Origin: a virus
Taxonomy: Duplodnaviria > Caudoviricetes
IMG/VR virus record: IMGVR_UViG_2595698222_000001
Coordinates: 12,031 to 76,030 of that record
Direction: 5' to 3' (one strand)
Length of the DNA stretch: 64,000 bases
The notes under the pieces were generated by a model. It had not been told where the DNA came from. It ran no database searches and was given only the letters and a program-made list of their open reading frames with translations. Shown here piece by piece: positions 42,638 through 52,763 of the stretch. The number at the start of each line of letters is the position of its first letter. The stretch's first letter is position 1. The position numbers and the translations under genes were made by a program.

Positions 42638-43264
42638 ATGGCGGTAAGAGAAGAAGATTTAGGAAGTGTCATCGGCCCTCAGGGCCCTCAAGGAATACAG
42701 GGGGAAGTCGGCCCGACTGGTGCAAAAGGTGATAAGGGCGAAGATGGAGCAAAATGGCTCACAGGTACCTCTGCTCCATCAACTCAAGGTACGAACGGGG
42801 ATTATTATTTAAATACCAGCAACTGGGATGTATATCAGAAAGCATCGGGCACTTGGTCTAAAACAGGAAATATCAAAGGTGCTACAGGTGCCAAGGGTGA
42901 TAAAGGCGATCCGGGTGCGACCGGAGCCCAAGGACCAAAGGGGGATCCTTTTGCTATTGCCAAGACCTATACAAGCGTAGCTGCAATGAATTCAGGATAT
43001 TCCACGGACGGTGTTGGTGTTGGACAGTTCGTAGTGATTGATACCGGAAATGTTGAAGATGTTGACAATGCGAAGTTGTATTTAAAAGGGGTTACTGCCT
43101 ATACCTACATTACGGATATGTCCGGGTCGACCGGCTTAACAGGTCCTCAGGGGCCAAAGGGCGCAACGGGTGCGACAGGCCCTAAAGGCGATAAGGGTGA
43201 TCAAGGGGTATCTCCCATGTTTGAACTTAGAAGCGGGCATTTATTTGCTATCTATCCGGAATAG
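42638..43264 (+). CDS. collagen-like fibre protein
   Basis: DLGSVIGPQG start; Gly-X-Y repeats. Confidence 0.75.
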   Translation: MAVREEDLGSVIGPQGPQGIQGEVGPTGAKGDKGEDGAKWLTGTSAPSTQGTNGDYYLNTSNWDVYQKASGTWSKTGNIKGATGAKGDKGDPGATGAQGPKGDPFAIAKTYTSVAAMNSGYSTDGVGVGQFVVIDTGNVEDVDNAKLYLKGVTAYTYITDMSGSTGLTGPQGPKGATGATGPKGDKGDQGVSPMFELRSGHLFAIYPE

Positions 43265-43304
43265 CAGAGGTTGTGACAATTTATAGAAAGCATGAGGTAA
43301 TTAT

Positions 43305-43526
43305 ATGCCTACAGAAATAATGGTGGCACTTATTAGTTTGGCCGGCAGTGGGGTGGGGGCTTTTATAGGAATCCTGGCATCTGCAAAGCTTACTAATTAT
43401 CGCCTAGAGCAGTTGGAAAAGAAGGTTGACAAACATAATACTGTAATTGAACGCACTTTTAGGCTTGAGGAACAAATGAAAGTTGCAAATCACCGCATAG
43501 CGGATTTAGAGGAAAAAGGAGATTGA
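43305..43526 (+). CDS. holin-like / lysis-associated membrane protein
   Basis: one TM helix plus YRLEQLEKKVDKHN coiled coil. Confidence 0.65.
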   Translation: MPTEIMVALISLAGSGVGAFIGILASAKLTNYRLEQLEKKVDKHNTVIERTFRLEEQMKVANHRIADLEEKGD

Positions 43527-43530
43527 TTAT

Positions 43531-43824
43531 ATGGAACAGATCATGAATTACGTAAAACCGGAACTTATTATTGTAGCGGTGGTGCTGTACTTTCTGGGAA
43601 TGGGCCTTAAGCAGAGCCAGACGGTCAAGGACAAGTACATTCCGCTGGTAAATGGTGCTGTAGGAATCGTTCTGTGCGGCGTATATGTCTTAGCTACCAG
43701 TGCCTGCCAGACTGGGCAGGAAATTGCTATGGCGATATTTACGGCCATTACGCAGGGTGTTCTGGTTGCAGGATTGAGTACATATGTAGATCAGATTATT
43801 AAGCAGTCTAGAAAAACTGAATAA
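43531..43824 (+). CDS. holin
   Basis: three hydrophobic segments, KYIP, AITQG; precedes endolysin. Confidence 0.8.
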   Translation: MEQIMNYVKPELIIVAVVLYFLGMGLKQSQTVKDKYIPLVNGAVGIVLCGVYVLATSACQTGQEIAMAIFTAITQGVLVAGLSTYVDQIIKQSRKTE

Positions 43825-43896
43825 TTGTTGTGATATCACAACTTTTGGGCCTGGGATTATCCTGGGCCTTTTCTATTTGAAAGGAAGGGTAGATTT

Positions 43897-44799
43897 ATGA
43901 AAATCTGTTTAGATGCTGGTCATTATGGAAAATACAATAAAAGCCCTGCTGATGGGCGATATTACGAATCAGACATGGTATGGAAACTTCACTTGATGCT
44001 TAAAAGATATTTAGAGGAGTACGGCATGCAGGTAATTACTACCCGTGTAGATCAGGCAACAGATCGGGCACTCTATGATAGAGGGACAGCATCAGCCGGG
44101 TGTAATCTATTCATTTCTTTGCACAGTAATGCCACAGGCTCCGGATTGAATAATAACGTTGACTATCCGGTATCTTATTGTGCTATCAACGGCAGAGCGG
44201 ACGATATTGGCCTTGCTTTGGCAAAAGCGGTACAAGTTACCATGCAGACCAAACAGGCCGCCAGAATCGAACACAGGGCGGGTAACAACGGGGATTACTA
44301 TGGGGTTCTGCGTGGTGCTTCCGCAGTAGGCACTCCTGCACTTATCCTGGAGCATTCCTTTCACACAAACGCTTCGGTAACTGCCTGGCTCTTAAATAAC
44401 GAAAACCTTGTACGCTTAGCAAAAGCAGAAGCAGACGTTATAGCAGCGCATTTTGGCATTCAGAAGGAAAAGAAATCCGGGTGGAAACAGGAGGACGGCG
44501 GTTGGCGTTTCTACAATGGCGATAACGGGGAATACGTGCGGAATAACTGGCACCATGATATAGAAAAGGACCTTTGGTACTGGTTTGATGGCGCTGGTAT
44601 GATGGTCACAAACACATGGTATCAGTATAAAGGCGGCTGGTATTATCTCAACGCAGATGGTGTTATGCTAAAAGGTACTCTGATCGCAGAATCCGAAAAG
44701 GTTTATTGCCTGGATAGCGAGGGCAAAATGGTTGTGGAACCGGTCATGCTCACGCCGGGACAGGATGGGGCGCTGCAGTACCCGGGGTTGGCAGAGTAA
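43897..44799 (+). CDS. endolysin, N-acetylmuramoyl-L-alanine amidase with cell-wall-binding repeats
   Basis: LDAGH, E, SLHSNA, ILEHSFH; WYWFDGAG.M repeats. Confidence 0.9.
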   Translation: MKICLDAGHYGKYNKSPADGRYYESDMVWKLHLMLKRYLEEYGMQVITTRVDQATDRALYDRGTASAGCNLFISLHSNATGSGLNNNVDYPVSYCAINGRADDIGLALAKAVQVTMQTKQAARIEHRAGNNGDYYGVLRGASAVGTPALILEHSFHTNASVTAWLLNNENLVRLAKAEADVIAAHFGIQKEKKSGWKQEDGGWRFYNGDNGEYVRNNWHHDIEKDLWYWFDGAGMMVTNTWYQYKGGWYYLNADGVMLKGTLIAESEKVYCLDSEGKMVVEPVMLTPGQDGALQYPGLAE

Positions 44800-45091
44800 A
44801 TAAAAAGAGCAAAAGCCTACTGGGATAGACTTTTGCTCTAAGATGCAGAGGCCGCTGCACCTATGTACGATGTGTACACATCTAATAATATGGCTTTATT
44901 AATAATAATATGCTAGGACCAATTAAAAAATTGCTACATATAATATATTGTACGAAGACATTGTACGATCATTTATATAAATCTCCTTTATTTGTAGACT
45001 TCTGTAAGGCGGGTATCCGGAAATTCCGAGCCCGCCTATAAAAGATACTTTGCAATCTGCCAATAACACAGGTGTTTTAATCCTTCAAGCA

Positions 45092-46381
45092 TTAAAAGGA
45101 CAACTTCTGGATGTAATATTGAGTATTAATAATAAACCACATTTGGGTATCAAATCTCATAATAGTCCAGAGAGATAAACCTTGAAGATCATATTCTGCT
45201 ACCAGCCCGGCTCTTGCCTCAAAACTTCTCGCATCATTAAACCACACTAAGTGAAGAATCCCGTCACTATCCATATAATAGAAAAAAGGTGACTGTGCTG
45301 CTTCGTTAAATTGTATTGGTATATTGTTATCTGCTGCAATCTGTATTGCATTATTGTTTGCTATAGCAGTTGCTTCTGTTGCACCCGGAACATAGGGTAG
45401 TGTCCAATCATAACCGAGTGTAGTGATTCCTAAGAATAATAATTCGAGTGGAATAATACTGGTTACGTAGTCTAATAGTTCTCTTAAAACATTAACCGGA
45501 AAAATTGAACTTGGGTAACTATAAAATCTAGCCCAATCATAAGAAGCAAATAGAATCCCATCTACATATCCAGATAATCGTGAATAATCCAACTTTTCAA
45601 AGCTGACAATAGGCCCCTGAATATTCATAATTGGCGTTGTGGTTATTAGTACTCTATAACCTTCAGAACGAAATATAGCTGAAGCCTTTTTAATGTATTC
45701 TACAATACTGTTTATGTTATCCGGTGTAATATCTTCGATATACATATTCACTCCATAATAACCCTTTGTTTTTACCATTTGAAGAATATTATCAATAAGA
45801 CGATCTTGCACAGAAGAGTTATTTAAAATATTCTGAGTTACTTCACGAATAATAGTTCCTTCTTCCGTAATCGTAGAAACAAACATCATGGGCGCAACAC
45901 CATAAGTTTTAGCCAACTGAATTACATCAGAATCGTCAGCAATAGTAATAATTTCTCCTTCACTTGTAGCCCTATAATTGAATATAGTCAAATATGTTAA
46001 AAAAGGGAGCGTTTTTATTAAAACAGATTTATCTATATATGAAAAAGTATAACCACTAGTGGCAATTGTTCTTGTTTTGTTAGTTTGATAGCTTAAGACT
46101 ATCGTTTCACCGGCATACAAAAATTCTCTGTCAGAAAGATAGGGATTATTTCTTAATAAAGCCATTGGCGTAGTACCATGCTGCTCTGCAATACTCTCCA
46201 AAGTATCGCCGGGTTGGACAACATAGAGTGTTTCTGGCTGTACAATCACGATAGTTTGACCAATTGCTAAATTGCCAGGGTTTGTAATTCCGTTTTCCAA
46301 TATTAAACTGTCAACTGGGATTTTATAATAATCTGATATTGATTTTATGGTTTCACCGGGTTGGACAACATGTATGATCAT
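45092..46381 (-). CDS. LysM-LysM-GH18-like spore peptidoglycan hydrolase
   Basis: two HVVQPG/YVVQPGD LysM domains; GH18-like barrel with GYDW; catalytic DxDxE appears degenerate (NMYIE). Confidence 0.8.
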   Translation of the reverse strand: MIIHVVQPGETIKSISDYYKIPVDSLILENGITNPGNLAIGQTIVIVQPETLYVVQPGDTLESIAEQHGTTPMALLRNNPYLSDREFLYAGETIVLSYQTNKTRTIATSGYTFSYIDKSVLIKTLPFLTYLTIFNYRATSEGEIITIADDSDVIQLAKTYGVAPMMFVSTITEEGTIIREVTQNILNNSSVQDRLIDNILQMVKTKGYYGVNMYIEDITPDNINSIVEYIKKASAIFRSEGYRVLITTTPIMNIQGPIVSFEKLDYSRLSGYVDGILFASYDWARFYSYPSSIFPVNVLRELLDYVTSIIPLELLFLGITTLGYDWTLPYVPGATEATAIANNNAIQIAADNNIPIQFNEAAQSPFFYYMDSDGILHLVWFNDARSFEARAGLVAEYDLQGLSLWTIMRFDTQMWFIINTQYYIQKLSF

Positions 46382-46554
46382 GGAATCCCTCAAATGATCT
46401 TATTAATACTATTATATGCTAATCTTACATGTTCATAACATCATAATGTAGATATAATACTAGCGGCCTGGGCGGGCAGCCAGGAGCATACCAAGCCATC
46501 CACTATTGATTTTTCGAACGTTCGTGCCGATTCCAAATACTCCCATATGTTTTC

Positions 46555-46737
46555 CTATCTATTGTAATACTGCTCAAACCATCGTGGTTTTCTCATATAT
46601 TCAGCTTTTTCTTTCGTTTCCTTACCAGACTCCCTAAAAAATCCGCAGCTTGTATGATCGGCTCCGCAACCTTCTTTATCTCTAATGTAATGGGGGCAAT
46701 GGTTAATGTCCTCCGCGAGCCCACAATTTCCTAACAT
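46555..46737 (-). CDS. small Cys-rich protein
   Basis: own GAGGTG RBS; in frame with truncated lexA. Confidence 0.5.
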   Translation of the reverse strand: MLGNCGLAEDINHCPHYIRDKEGCGADHTSCGFFRESGKETKEKAEYMRKPRWFEQYYNR

Positions 46738-46844
46738 GCTAACACCTCGATTGTCTGTTCTGTTAATGGTGGAAATAAAAGGAGGGAAGCACTGTGGCTT
46801 CCCAATTCTTGTTAATGAATGCCTACTCTGAATAATCCAATTGT

Positions 46845-47385
46845 CCATTGAATCGTTTTCTGGTTGCAGGCGGTAATGACTCTTTTCTTTAAAAAACCGT
46901 TTTACTGTAGCCGAGTCATCGACCAGTGCATCAACAATATCCCCATTATGCGCAGTTGCTCGGTATTCTACGATAATCTGATCGCCTTCAAGAATACCTG
47001 CGTTGACCATACTGTTTCCTTTAACTTTTAATATAAAGGTCTCTGCATTTGGAAGTAATTCAGCTGATATGGGATAATAGTTCTCAATGTTTTCCTCTGC
47101 ATAAAGAGGCAGTCCGGCCGCTACGGTTCCGAGGAGCGGAACGTTCACAACCTCCCGGCGTGTCAGCTGGAAACAATCGTCTATGATTTCAATGGATCTT
47201 GGCTTAGTTGGGTCTCTTCTTATGTATCCCTTTTCCTCGAGAATCGACAAATGAGAATGGACGGAAGAAGTTGATTTTAAATTAACTGCTTCACATATTT
47301 CTCGGACCGATGGGGGATAGCCATTCTTTAAGATTGATTTTTTTATATACTCTAAAATTTCCTTTTGGCGTTCTGAAATGTCCAC
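46845..47385 (-). pseudogene. lexA: LexA repressor copy, C-terminally truncated/fused
   Basis: GYPPSVREI wHTH, VAAG cleavage site, GNSM Ser, TVKRF Lys; homology ends at LQPENDSMD. Confidence 0.75.
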
Positions 47386-47506
47386 ATTTAACCCGTCCTT
47401 TATTTTGTTTTACTGATAATAGCATACTTAGATGCAAAAAGCAAACGTTTGTTCGAAAAAGACTATACACGTAAAGTAATTTGTAGTATCATTATAGAAA
47501 AGGTAG

Positions 47507-47824
47507 GTGATTAAGATGATGGATACTATATCCAAGGATTTATATAGTAAAGTTATGAAGGCCCAATATCAGATGATTGAAGCTTTTTTAGATTATGTGA
47601 ACTATGAAGATGAAATAGCAGACGGTTTGACAGGAATGTCATATATATTATTTTGTGAAAACATTCCATTTTCTTTTGATGGGCAATGCATAGCGGTACC
47701 TGATTTTGGATTAAAAATATCTTCTGGAGAAAAAGAGAAATTATATGTTGAATTTGAAAATGTAAAGAAATCCGAATGTTATCCTGCAGAGGTCTATAAT
47801 AAATATTTAGAAAAGAGAAAATAG
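47507..47824 (+). CDS. hypothetical protein
   Basis: 105 aa; stop codon TAG lies inside the cassette site. Confidence 0.6.
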   Translation: MIKMMDTISKDLYSKVMKAQYQMIEAFLDYVNYEDEIADGLTGMSYILFCENIPFSFDGQCIAVPDFGLKISSGEKEKLYVEFENVKKSECYPAEVYNKYLEKRK

Positions 47825-47981
47825 CAATTTGAATAATACGAAATCGGCCCTAACAACTACTCAGGCAAACATCGATACCCGTATTCCGTCTCGAATCGCT
47901 TTCCGATGGAATGATGGAGGAGCCCTACAGCTCTACATAGATGGTGTCTATTATGCATCGATAGAATTTATTGATAAATGA
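47819..47981 (+). other. silent tail-fibre tip cassette 3a (53 aa)
   Basis: NSNLNNTKSALTTTQANIDTRIPSRIAFRWNDGGALQLYIDGVYYASIEFIDK*; stop inside TAAATGATCATTTA. Confidence 0.8.
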
Positions 47982-47985
47982 TCAT

Positions 47986-48301
47986 TTACTGTAGTGTAAT
48001 AGGTGATCTGAGTATGCACCAGAATACTTTTAAACTTTCGGAGGCGAAACTTGGGCTTGTGTTATAGGCCATCAATCTAAATCCAGCTGGGGTTAAAGAG
48101 ACGGCACTTATCTCTACGTCTGCCCACCCAGCCCCCATACCCCCTTTACTTAAAAGTATGGCGTAATTATCATCTGATAGGGGCGTGCCAAACGGGATGT
48201 CATAAATTGCGCTGCCAAGTGGTTGTAATGCGCTTACAGTGTAAGACCAGTGCTGTGCATTTTTTGCCAAATTATTACTTAGGTTATTTAAATTGCTATT
48301 T
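47986..48301 (-). other. silent tail-fibre tip cassette 3b (104 aa, lectin/gp53-like)
   Basis: NSNLNNLSNNLAKNAQHW...IPFGTP...TPAGF...VFWCI. Confidence 0.8.
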
Positions 48302-48370
48302 AATTAATTATGAAGGTAGTAGACAAAATAAAAAAAGACCACTTATAAGCAGTCTTTCTTATCACTTGGT

Positions 48371-48571
48371 TTATGCAATTTGAACATTAACAGCCTGTAA
48401 TCCACGATTACCTTCTGTTACATCAAATGTTACAGACTGACCATCGTCTAAAGACTTATAGCCGTCCATAGCAAGACCTGAGAAATGAACGAAAATTTCG
48501 TTACCCTGCTCGTCAGCGATAAAACCAAATCCCTTTTGTGCATTAAACCATTTTACTGTACCTTTATTCAT
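48371..48571 (-). CDS. cspA: cold-shock protein
   Basis: [18 protein letters not shown]...FVHFS; AAGGAGG RBS. Confidence 0.95.
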   Translation of the reverse strand: MNKGTVKWFNAQKGFGFIADEQGNEIFVHFSGLAMDGYKSLDDGQSVTFDVTEGNRGLQAVNVQIA

Positions 48572-49075
48572 GAAAGATACCTCCTTAAATATTAATATTG
48601 TATTTTTGCTAAAACTAAAAATCGCATATATATGTAAATCATCAATAGAATAATGACTTACGTATATATGCGAAATCAAGACCTTATTTAAATACCTATC
48701 TATCTTAACACAATGGTTTAAATAAGTCAAGAAAAACTTGCAAAGAAGGCCACATTGAAAAAATCATCAAAAAAAGCACAACGCAAAGCGGGAAAGGTGT
48801 TCCAGGCTTAGAATATTGGGAGATTAGTTTATAAGGTAATCAAGTGATTAGTTAAGTCTCGACTAACCACCAGATACCTTGGGAGATCCACCTTACTGGT
48901 GATTATTTCTATTTTTTATATTTTACTATAAATTCACGTTGGCTTTGCATTAAAACAGATCTTATCTGTGGGGAAAATAATGATGGAAATATTGGTTAAT
49001 ATAGTTGAAATGGTTTTGACATGCTGATAAGGGATGATAATGAATTGCATTTGATAAATGTAAAATGGTTTAGGA

Positions 49076-49570
49076 TCATTGTTCATAGATAAATGGGATA
49101 ACTTCTTCACGCTTAATGTTCAATACATAAGCGAACTCCTCACAAAGTGTTTTTTCAGCATCTTTGAGAAAGCATTCGTCAGAATCCTGTAGTTTCTTGT
49201 CTTTATTTGTGCTTTTTAGCTCTTGTTTACGACTACGCAAAGTTTTTATCATTTCTATAAGTTCGGAACGGTTACCATCTGCAAGAACCTGGCCGTATAA
49301 TTCTTTGCGCTTTCGATTATCCTTTATCCAATTGTGGTCTTTACTCGACAATTTCTTGACTAGAAAGAAAATTTCATCGGCAGAAAGAATGTGGCGAATT
49401 TCAGTTTTTCTTCTGTCACTTATAGCTGAGACGTATAATGTCGAGGCAGTATGGTAAACAGGCTTGAGCACGTAATATGGGCGGATTTTTTCATCCATGC
49501 ACATATCCTGTAATCCGGTAACCCTACAAACACCATGACTTCCGTATATGATGACATCACCTATGTTCAT
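49076..49570 (-). CDS. CarD-family transcriptional regulator
   Basis: IGDVIIYGSHGVC...YYVLKP...EEFAYVL. Confidence 0.85.
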   Translation of the reverse strand: MNIGDVIIYGSHGVCRVTGLQDMCMDEKIRPYYVLKPVYHTASTLYVSAISDRRKTEIRHILSADEIFFLVKKLSSKDHNWIKDNRKRKELYGQVLADGNRSELIEMIKTLRSRKQELKSTNKDKKLQDSDECFLKDAEKTLCEEFAYVLNIKREEVIPFIYEQ

Positions 49571-49775
49571 AATATTTCACCTCTTTCTAATAAAATAAAA
49601 AGTGCGGTTCACTAAAACTGGACTTACGTCCCTGTAAAGCAAACCACACGTTCGATATTTATATTATAGCACAATTGTAGATGAAATGTATACGGTAATT
49701 TACTCCAAAGTTCACGACTATATCATGGGCTTATCTATTTAGTATTTTCCGGAGTGCCGGGAGAAAGGTGGAATT

Positions 49776-49976
49776 ATGAAAGTGTGGAATAGAAAATATG
49801 ATAATGATCACAAAGAACTAGAAGAGAAGATAATGGTAAAAGACCAATATAACAGAATGATGATGATAAGAGTTGCGAAGAAATACAATCTGGACGATCA
49901 GATCAATACAAGAATTGAATTAGAATATCACAGTAGTAAAAATTATGAAGTTTCTATATCGGATCTACTAAATTAA
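49776..49976 (+). CDS. hypothetical protein
   Basis: 66 aa; stop overlaps a lone AAATTGCTATTT site. Confidence 0.5.
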   Translation: MKVWNRKYDNDHKELEEKIMVKDQYNRMMMIRVAKKYNLDDQINTRIELEYHSSKNYEVSISDLLN

Positions 49977-49986
49977 ATTGCTATTT
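49975..49986 (-). repeat. lone cassette-type site without cassette
   Basis: exact AAATAGCAATTT on minus strand; frame closes immediately (NSNLI*). Confidence 0.6.
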
Positions 49987-50002
49987 TAGAATAGACCTCA
50001 AG

Positions 50003-50042
50003 ATTCCCACATTTCCCATTCATAATATGATAATATGGTATC
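50003..50042 (+). promoter_or_regulatory. late-promoter-like motif, copy 2
   Basis: ATTCCCACATTTCCCATTCATAATATGATAATATGGTATC upstream of portal. Confidence 0.65.
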
Positions 50043-50231
50043 AGTGAAAAGTATATCAACATGCGCTTGGCTTCGGCTAGGCGCATTTTTCGTGGGTGAA
50101 ATTATGGAAAAAAGATTTGAAAAGCCAAAGCAAAATAAAAAAGAATCTATCTGGAGAGATAAAAGTGCCAAACACCCAGAAGGCAAATCTTCCAGTGGGA
50201 TGACTTTTAGGGTTAAGAAGGTGATAAGTGG

Positions 50232-51683
50232 ATGAACAAACTCAGTTACATTGATATTTGCAAAGGTGCATTCGGGCGCAAGGTAGCATATACCAGTGTT
50301 TCGACCATTACTTCCGAAAATATTTTGAAAGTAGTTGGTAGGGCGGTTAGTATCCTGAATTATAATAGGCCGTTCATTCGTTATCTTCATGATTACTATA
50401 TGGGGGATCAGCCAATTTTGTACAGGGAAAAGGCAGTGCGCCCAGAAATTAATAATAAGACAGTGGAAAATCATGCTTTGGAAATAGTGCGTTTTAAGGC
50501 AGGTCAGACATACGGTGAGCCTATCCAATACGTGAGCCGAAAAAAAGATGAGAACATTAATAAAGCTGTTGATGCACTTAATGATTACATGAGGGACGCT
50601 CATAAGCAGGCAAGAGATATTGAACTTGGAACATGGCAAAGTTCGGTAGGTACTGCATATAAGGCCACCTTAAAAGCAGGCAAAAACAATCCGGTTCCCT
50701 TCTGGATACACATTCCCACGCCGTTAAATACAATTGTTGTATATTCGCAGGTAGATGGCCGGGATATGCTTTCAATTCAGCAGTTAAAAGACGAAAACGA
50801 GCAACAGTACTATCTTTGTTTTTCCGAAGATAAATACTTCATTATTAAGAATGGCCGGATTACCGATAACAATATTAATGGATTTGGAGGAATTCCTATA
50901 ATAGAATATCCTAATAATCCGGATCGGTTATCTGACATTGAAATCGTAATTACAGCTTTGGATCAGATGAACAAAATGCAGTCTGATCGAATGAATGGCA
51001 TTGAGCAGTTTGTTCAGGCATTTATGCTTTTTAAAAACTGTGAGATTTCAAAAGATGAATTTATAGAAATGAGCCAGTTGGGTGCAATACAGGTTAAAGA
51101 TTCGGGCCAAGCCAATAAGTCAGATGTGAAGCTTATGACTGCTGAACTTAATCAAGAGCAAACTCAGGTATCCAAAGACGATGTATATCGTCAAGTGCTT
51201 GTGGTTGAGGGAATGCCAGATCGTCAGCAAAATACCGGCGGTGATACCGGCCAAGCGGTTTATCTTAGAAATGGTTGGGATTTTGCAGAACAGAGGGCAA
51301 AACTCGATGAACCATTCATTATTGAGGCAGAAAAGAAACATTGTCAAATCGTGCTTAATATCATCAAGCAGACAACCAATGATGTTCCTTTGACAGTAAG
51401 AGATTTTGATGTTAAAATCACTCGAAACTCAACTGACAATATGCTTGTTAAGGCACAGGCATTGGATTATTTATTGAAAAACAAAGTTAACCCATTAATT
51501 GCTTTAACCACTTGCGGTCTGTTTGGAGACCCTGAAAAGGTATGGTTAATGAGTAAACCCTATATGGATACAATATTTAAAACGCAAGAACAATTAGATG
51601 TTGAAGTAGAAAAAGGAAGAGCATATGAATTGCTAAAGAATCAATCGAATAATGCAGTAGCTAAAACAGGAGAAGCCGAATAG
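50232..51683 (+). CDS. portal protein (SPP1-like)
   Basis: YY.G.Q.IL, GEPIQY, IPIIEYPNN; 483 aa. Confidence 0.85.
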   Translation: MNKLSYIDICKGAFGRKVAYTSVSTITSENILKVVGRAVSILNYNRPFIRYLHDYYMGDQPILYREKAVRPEINNKTVENHALEIVRFKAGQTYGEPIQYVSRKKDENINKAVDALNDYMRDAHKQARDIELGTWQSSVGTAYKATLKAGKNNPVPFWIHIPTPLNTIVVYSQVDGRDMLSIQQLKDENEQQYYLCFSEDKYFIIKNGRITDNNINGFGGIPIIEYPNNPDRLSDIEIVITALDQMNKMQSDRMNGIEQFVQAFMLFKNCEISKDEFIEMSQLGAIQVKDSGQANKSDVKLMTAELNQEQTQVSKDDVYRQVLVVEGMPDRQQNTGGDTGQAVYLRNGWDFAEQRAKLDEPFIIEAEKKHCQIVLNIIKQTTNDVPLTVRDFDVKITRNSTDNMLVKAQALDYLLKNKVNPLIALTTCGLFGDPEKVWLMSKPYMDTIFKTQEQLDVEVEKGRAYELLKNQSNNAVAKTGEAE

Positions 51684-51778
51684 CTTTTCTTTTTTATTTT
51701 GGAGCTATCCGTCAAATAGCACAATCCGGCAGGTGCGACCTGCGTTACCAAAAGCGTGGATAGAAGGAGGAAATTATT

Positions 51779-52390
51779 ATGACCAGAGAACAGGCTAAGA
51801 AGAATTTGATAGCATTAGGCGTTGCTGAACCGACCGATGAGCAGATTACGGGTTATCTTAATCAGCACAATGGGGAAGTAAAAAAGGTTCAGGAAGACGC
51901 TGATAAATGGAAGAAAGAGGCTGAAAAGGCCGAAGAGTTACAGGCAAAACTTGACGGGATTGAACAGCAGAACCTTACAGATTTGGAAAAGGAAAAGAAA
52001 GCTAGGGAAGCGGCTGAAAAGAATGCCGCTGATTTACAGAAGCAGCTTACTCAATCTGCTGTAGAAGGTATCTTTGCAAAGGCGAATTTATCAGGAGAAG
52101 AATTTGCTGGAATGATGGGTGCTTTGTCTGCTTTAGATATGGAGGCGGCAAAGACCAGTGCTGAAGCCTTTGTGACTGGAATTTCCAAGCGTGATGAAGC
52201 AAATAAGACACAATGGCAGAAAGAAATATTTGACAAAACACCGAATCCGGGTGCAGGAGATCCACCAGCAAATACAGATCCAGGCAAGAAGAGTGCTGCC
52301 GCCGAATACGCAAAGCAGTATTCCCAGAATAAAAACCCGCAGCCGGTTGCTACACCTATCGCCGGTGCGCAACCGGGAACATTAATTTAA
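51779..52390 (+). CDS. capsid scaffolding protein
   Basis: coiled coil, TPNPG tail, position before capsid genes. Confidence 0.75.
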   Translation: MTREQAKKNLIALGVAEPTDEQITGYLNQHNGEVKKVQEDADKWKKEAEKAEELQAKLDGIEQQNLTDLEKEKKAREAAEKNAADLQKQLTQSAVEGIFAKANLSGEEFAGMMGALSALDMEAAKTSAEAFVTGISKRDEANKTQWQKEIFDKTPNPGAGDPPANTDPGKKSAAAEYAKQYSQNKNPQPVATPIAGAQPGTLI

Positions 52391-52404
52391 GGAGGAATTG
52401 AGAT

Positions 52405-52749
52405 ATGGCTTATATGAAAGTTATTCAGGGAGAAACGCTCCCTAACTTTTTGGAAAGTGCCGTAGGATTGGTACAGAAAACAGAAATGGTTACTCAGGAT
52501 AAAGCAGAAACTGTAGGCACCAAGAAACTGATTTATGGTGGCACAGCATTCCCGGCCAATGATGGGACAGCCACAGGTATTGTATTTGAAACTGTTGACA
52601 TGACTGATGATGAGAAGCGGCCTGCCAGTATAATTAGGGCCGGCAGAATCTATGGGAATAGATTAAAGACCGCATTGTCAGCCGCAGCAAAAACAGCTTT
52701 GGAAGCAAAAGGCTTTGTAATTCTTGATGCTCCCGAAGTTGAATTTTAA
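52405..52749 (+). CDS. head decoration protein (putative)
   Basis: GT.FPAND..A.GI; position before major capsid gene. Confidence 0.65.
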   Translation: MAYMKVIQGETLPNFLESAVGLVQKTEMVTQDKAETVGTKKLIYGGTAFPANDGTATGIVFETVDMTDDEKRPASIIRAGRIYGNRLKTALSAAAKTALEAKGFVILDAPEVEF

Positions 52750-52763
52750 TTGGAGGTGCTAAA

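Noticed and set aside
44928-44975. Partial cassette-like sites AAATTGCTACAT and GATCATTTA
   Set aside because: Mismatched, wrong relative order and no open cassette frame; may be chance or a relic
49998-50639. 213-aa minus-strand ORF
   Set aside because: Overlaps the portal gene and late promoter antisense; no recognisable motifs
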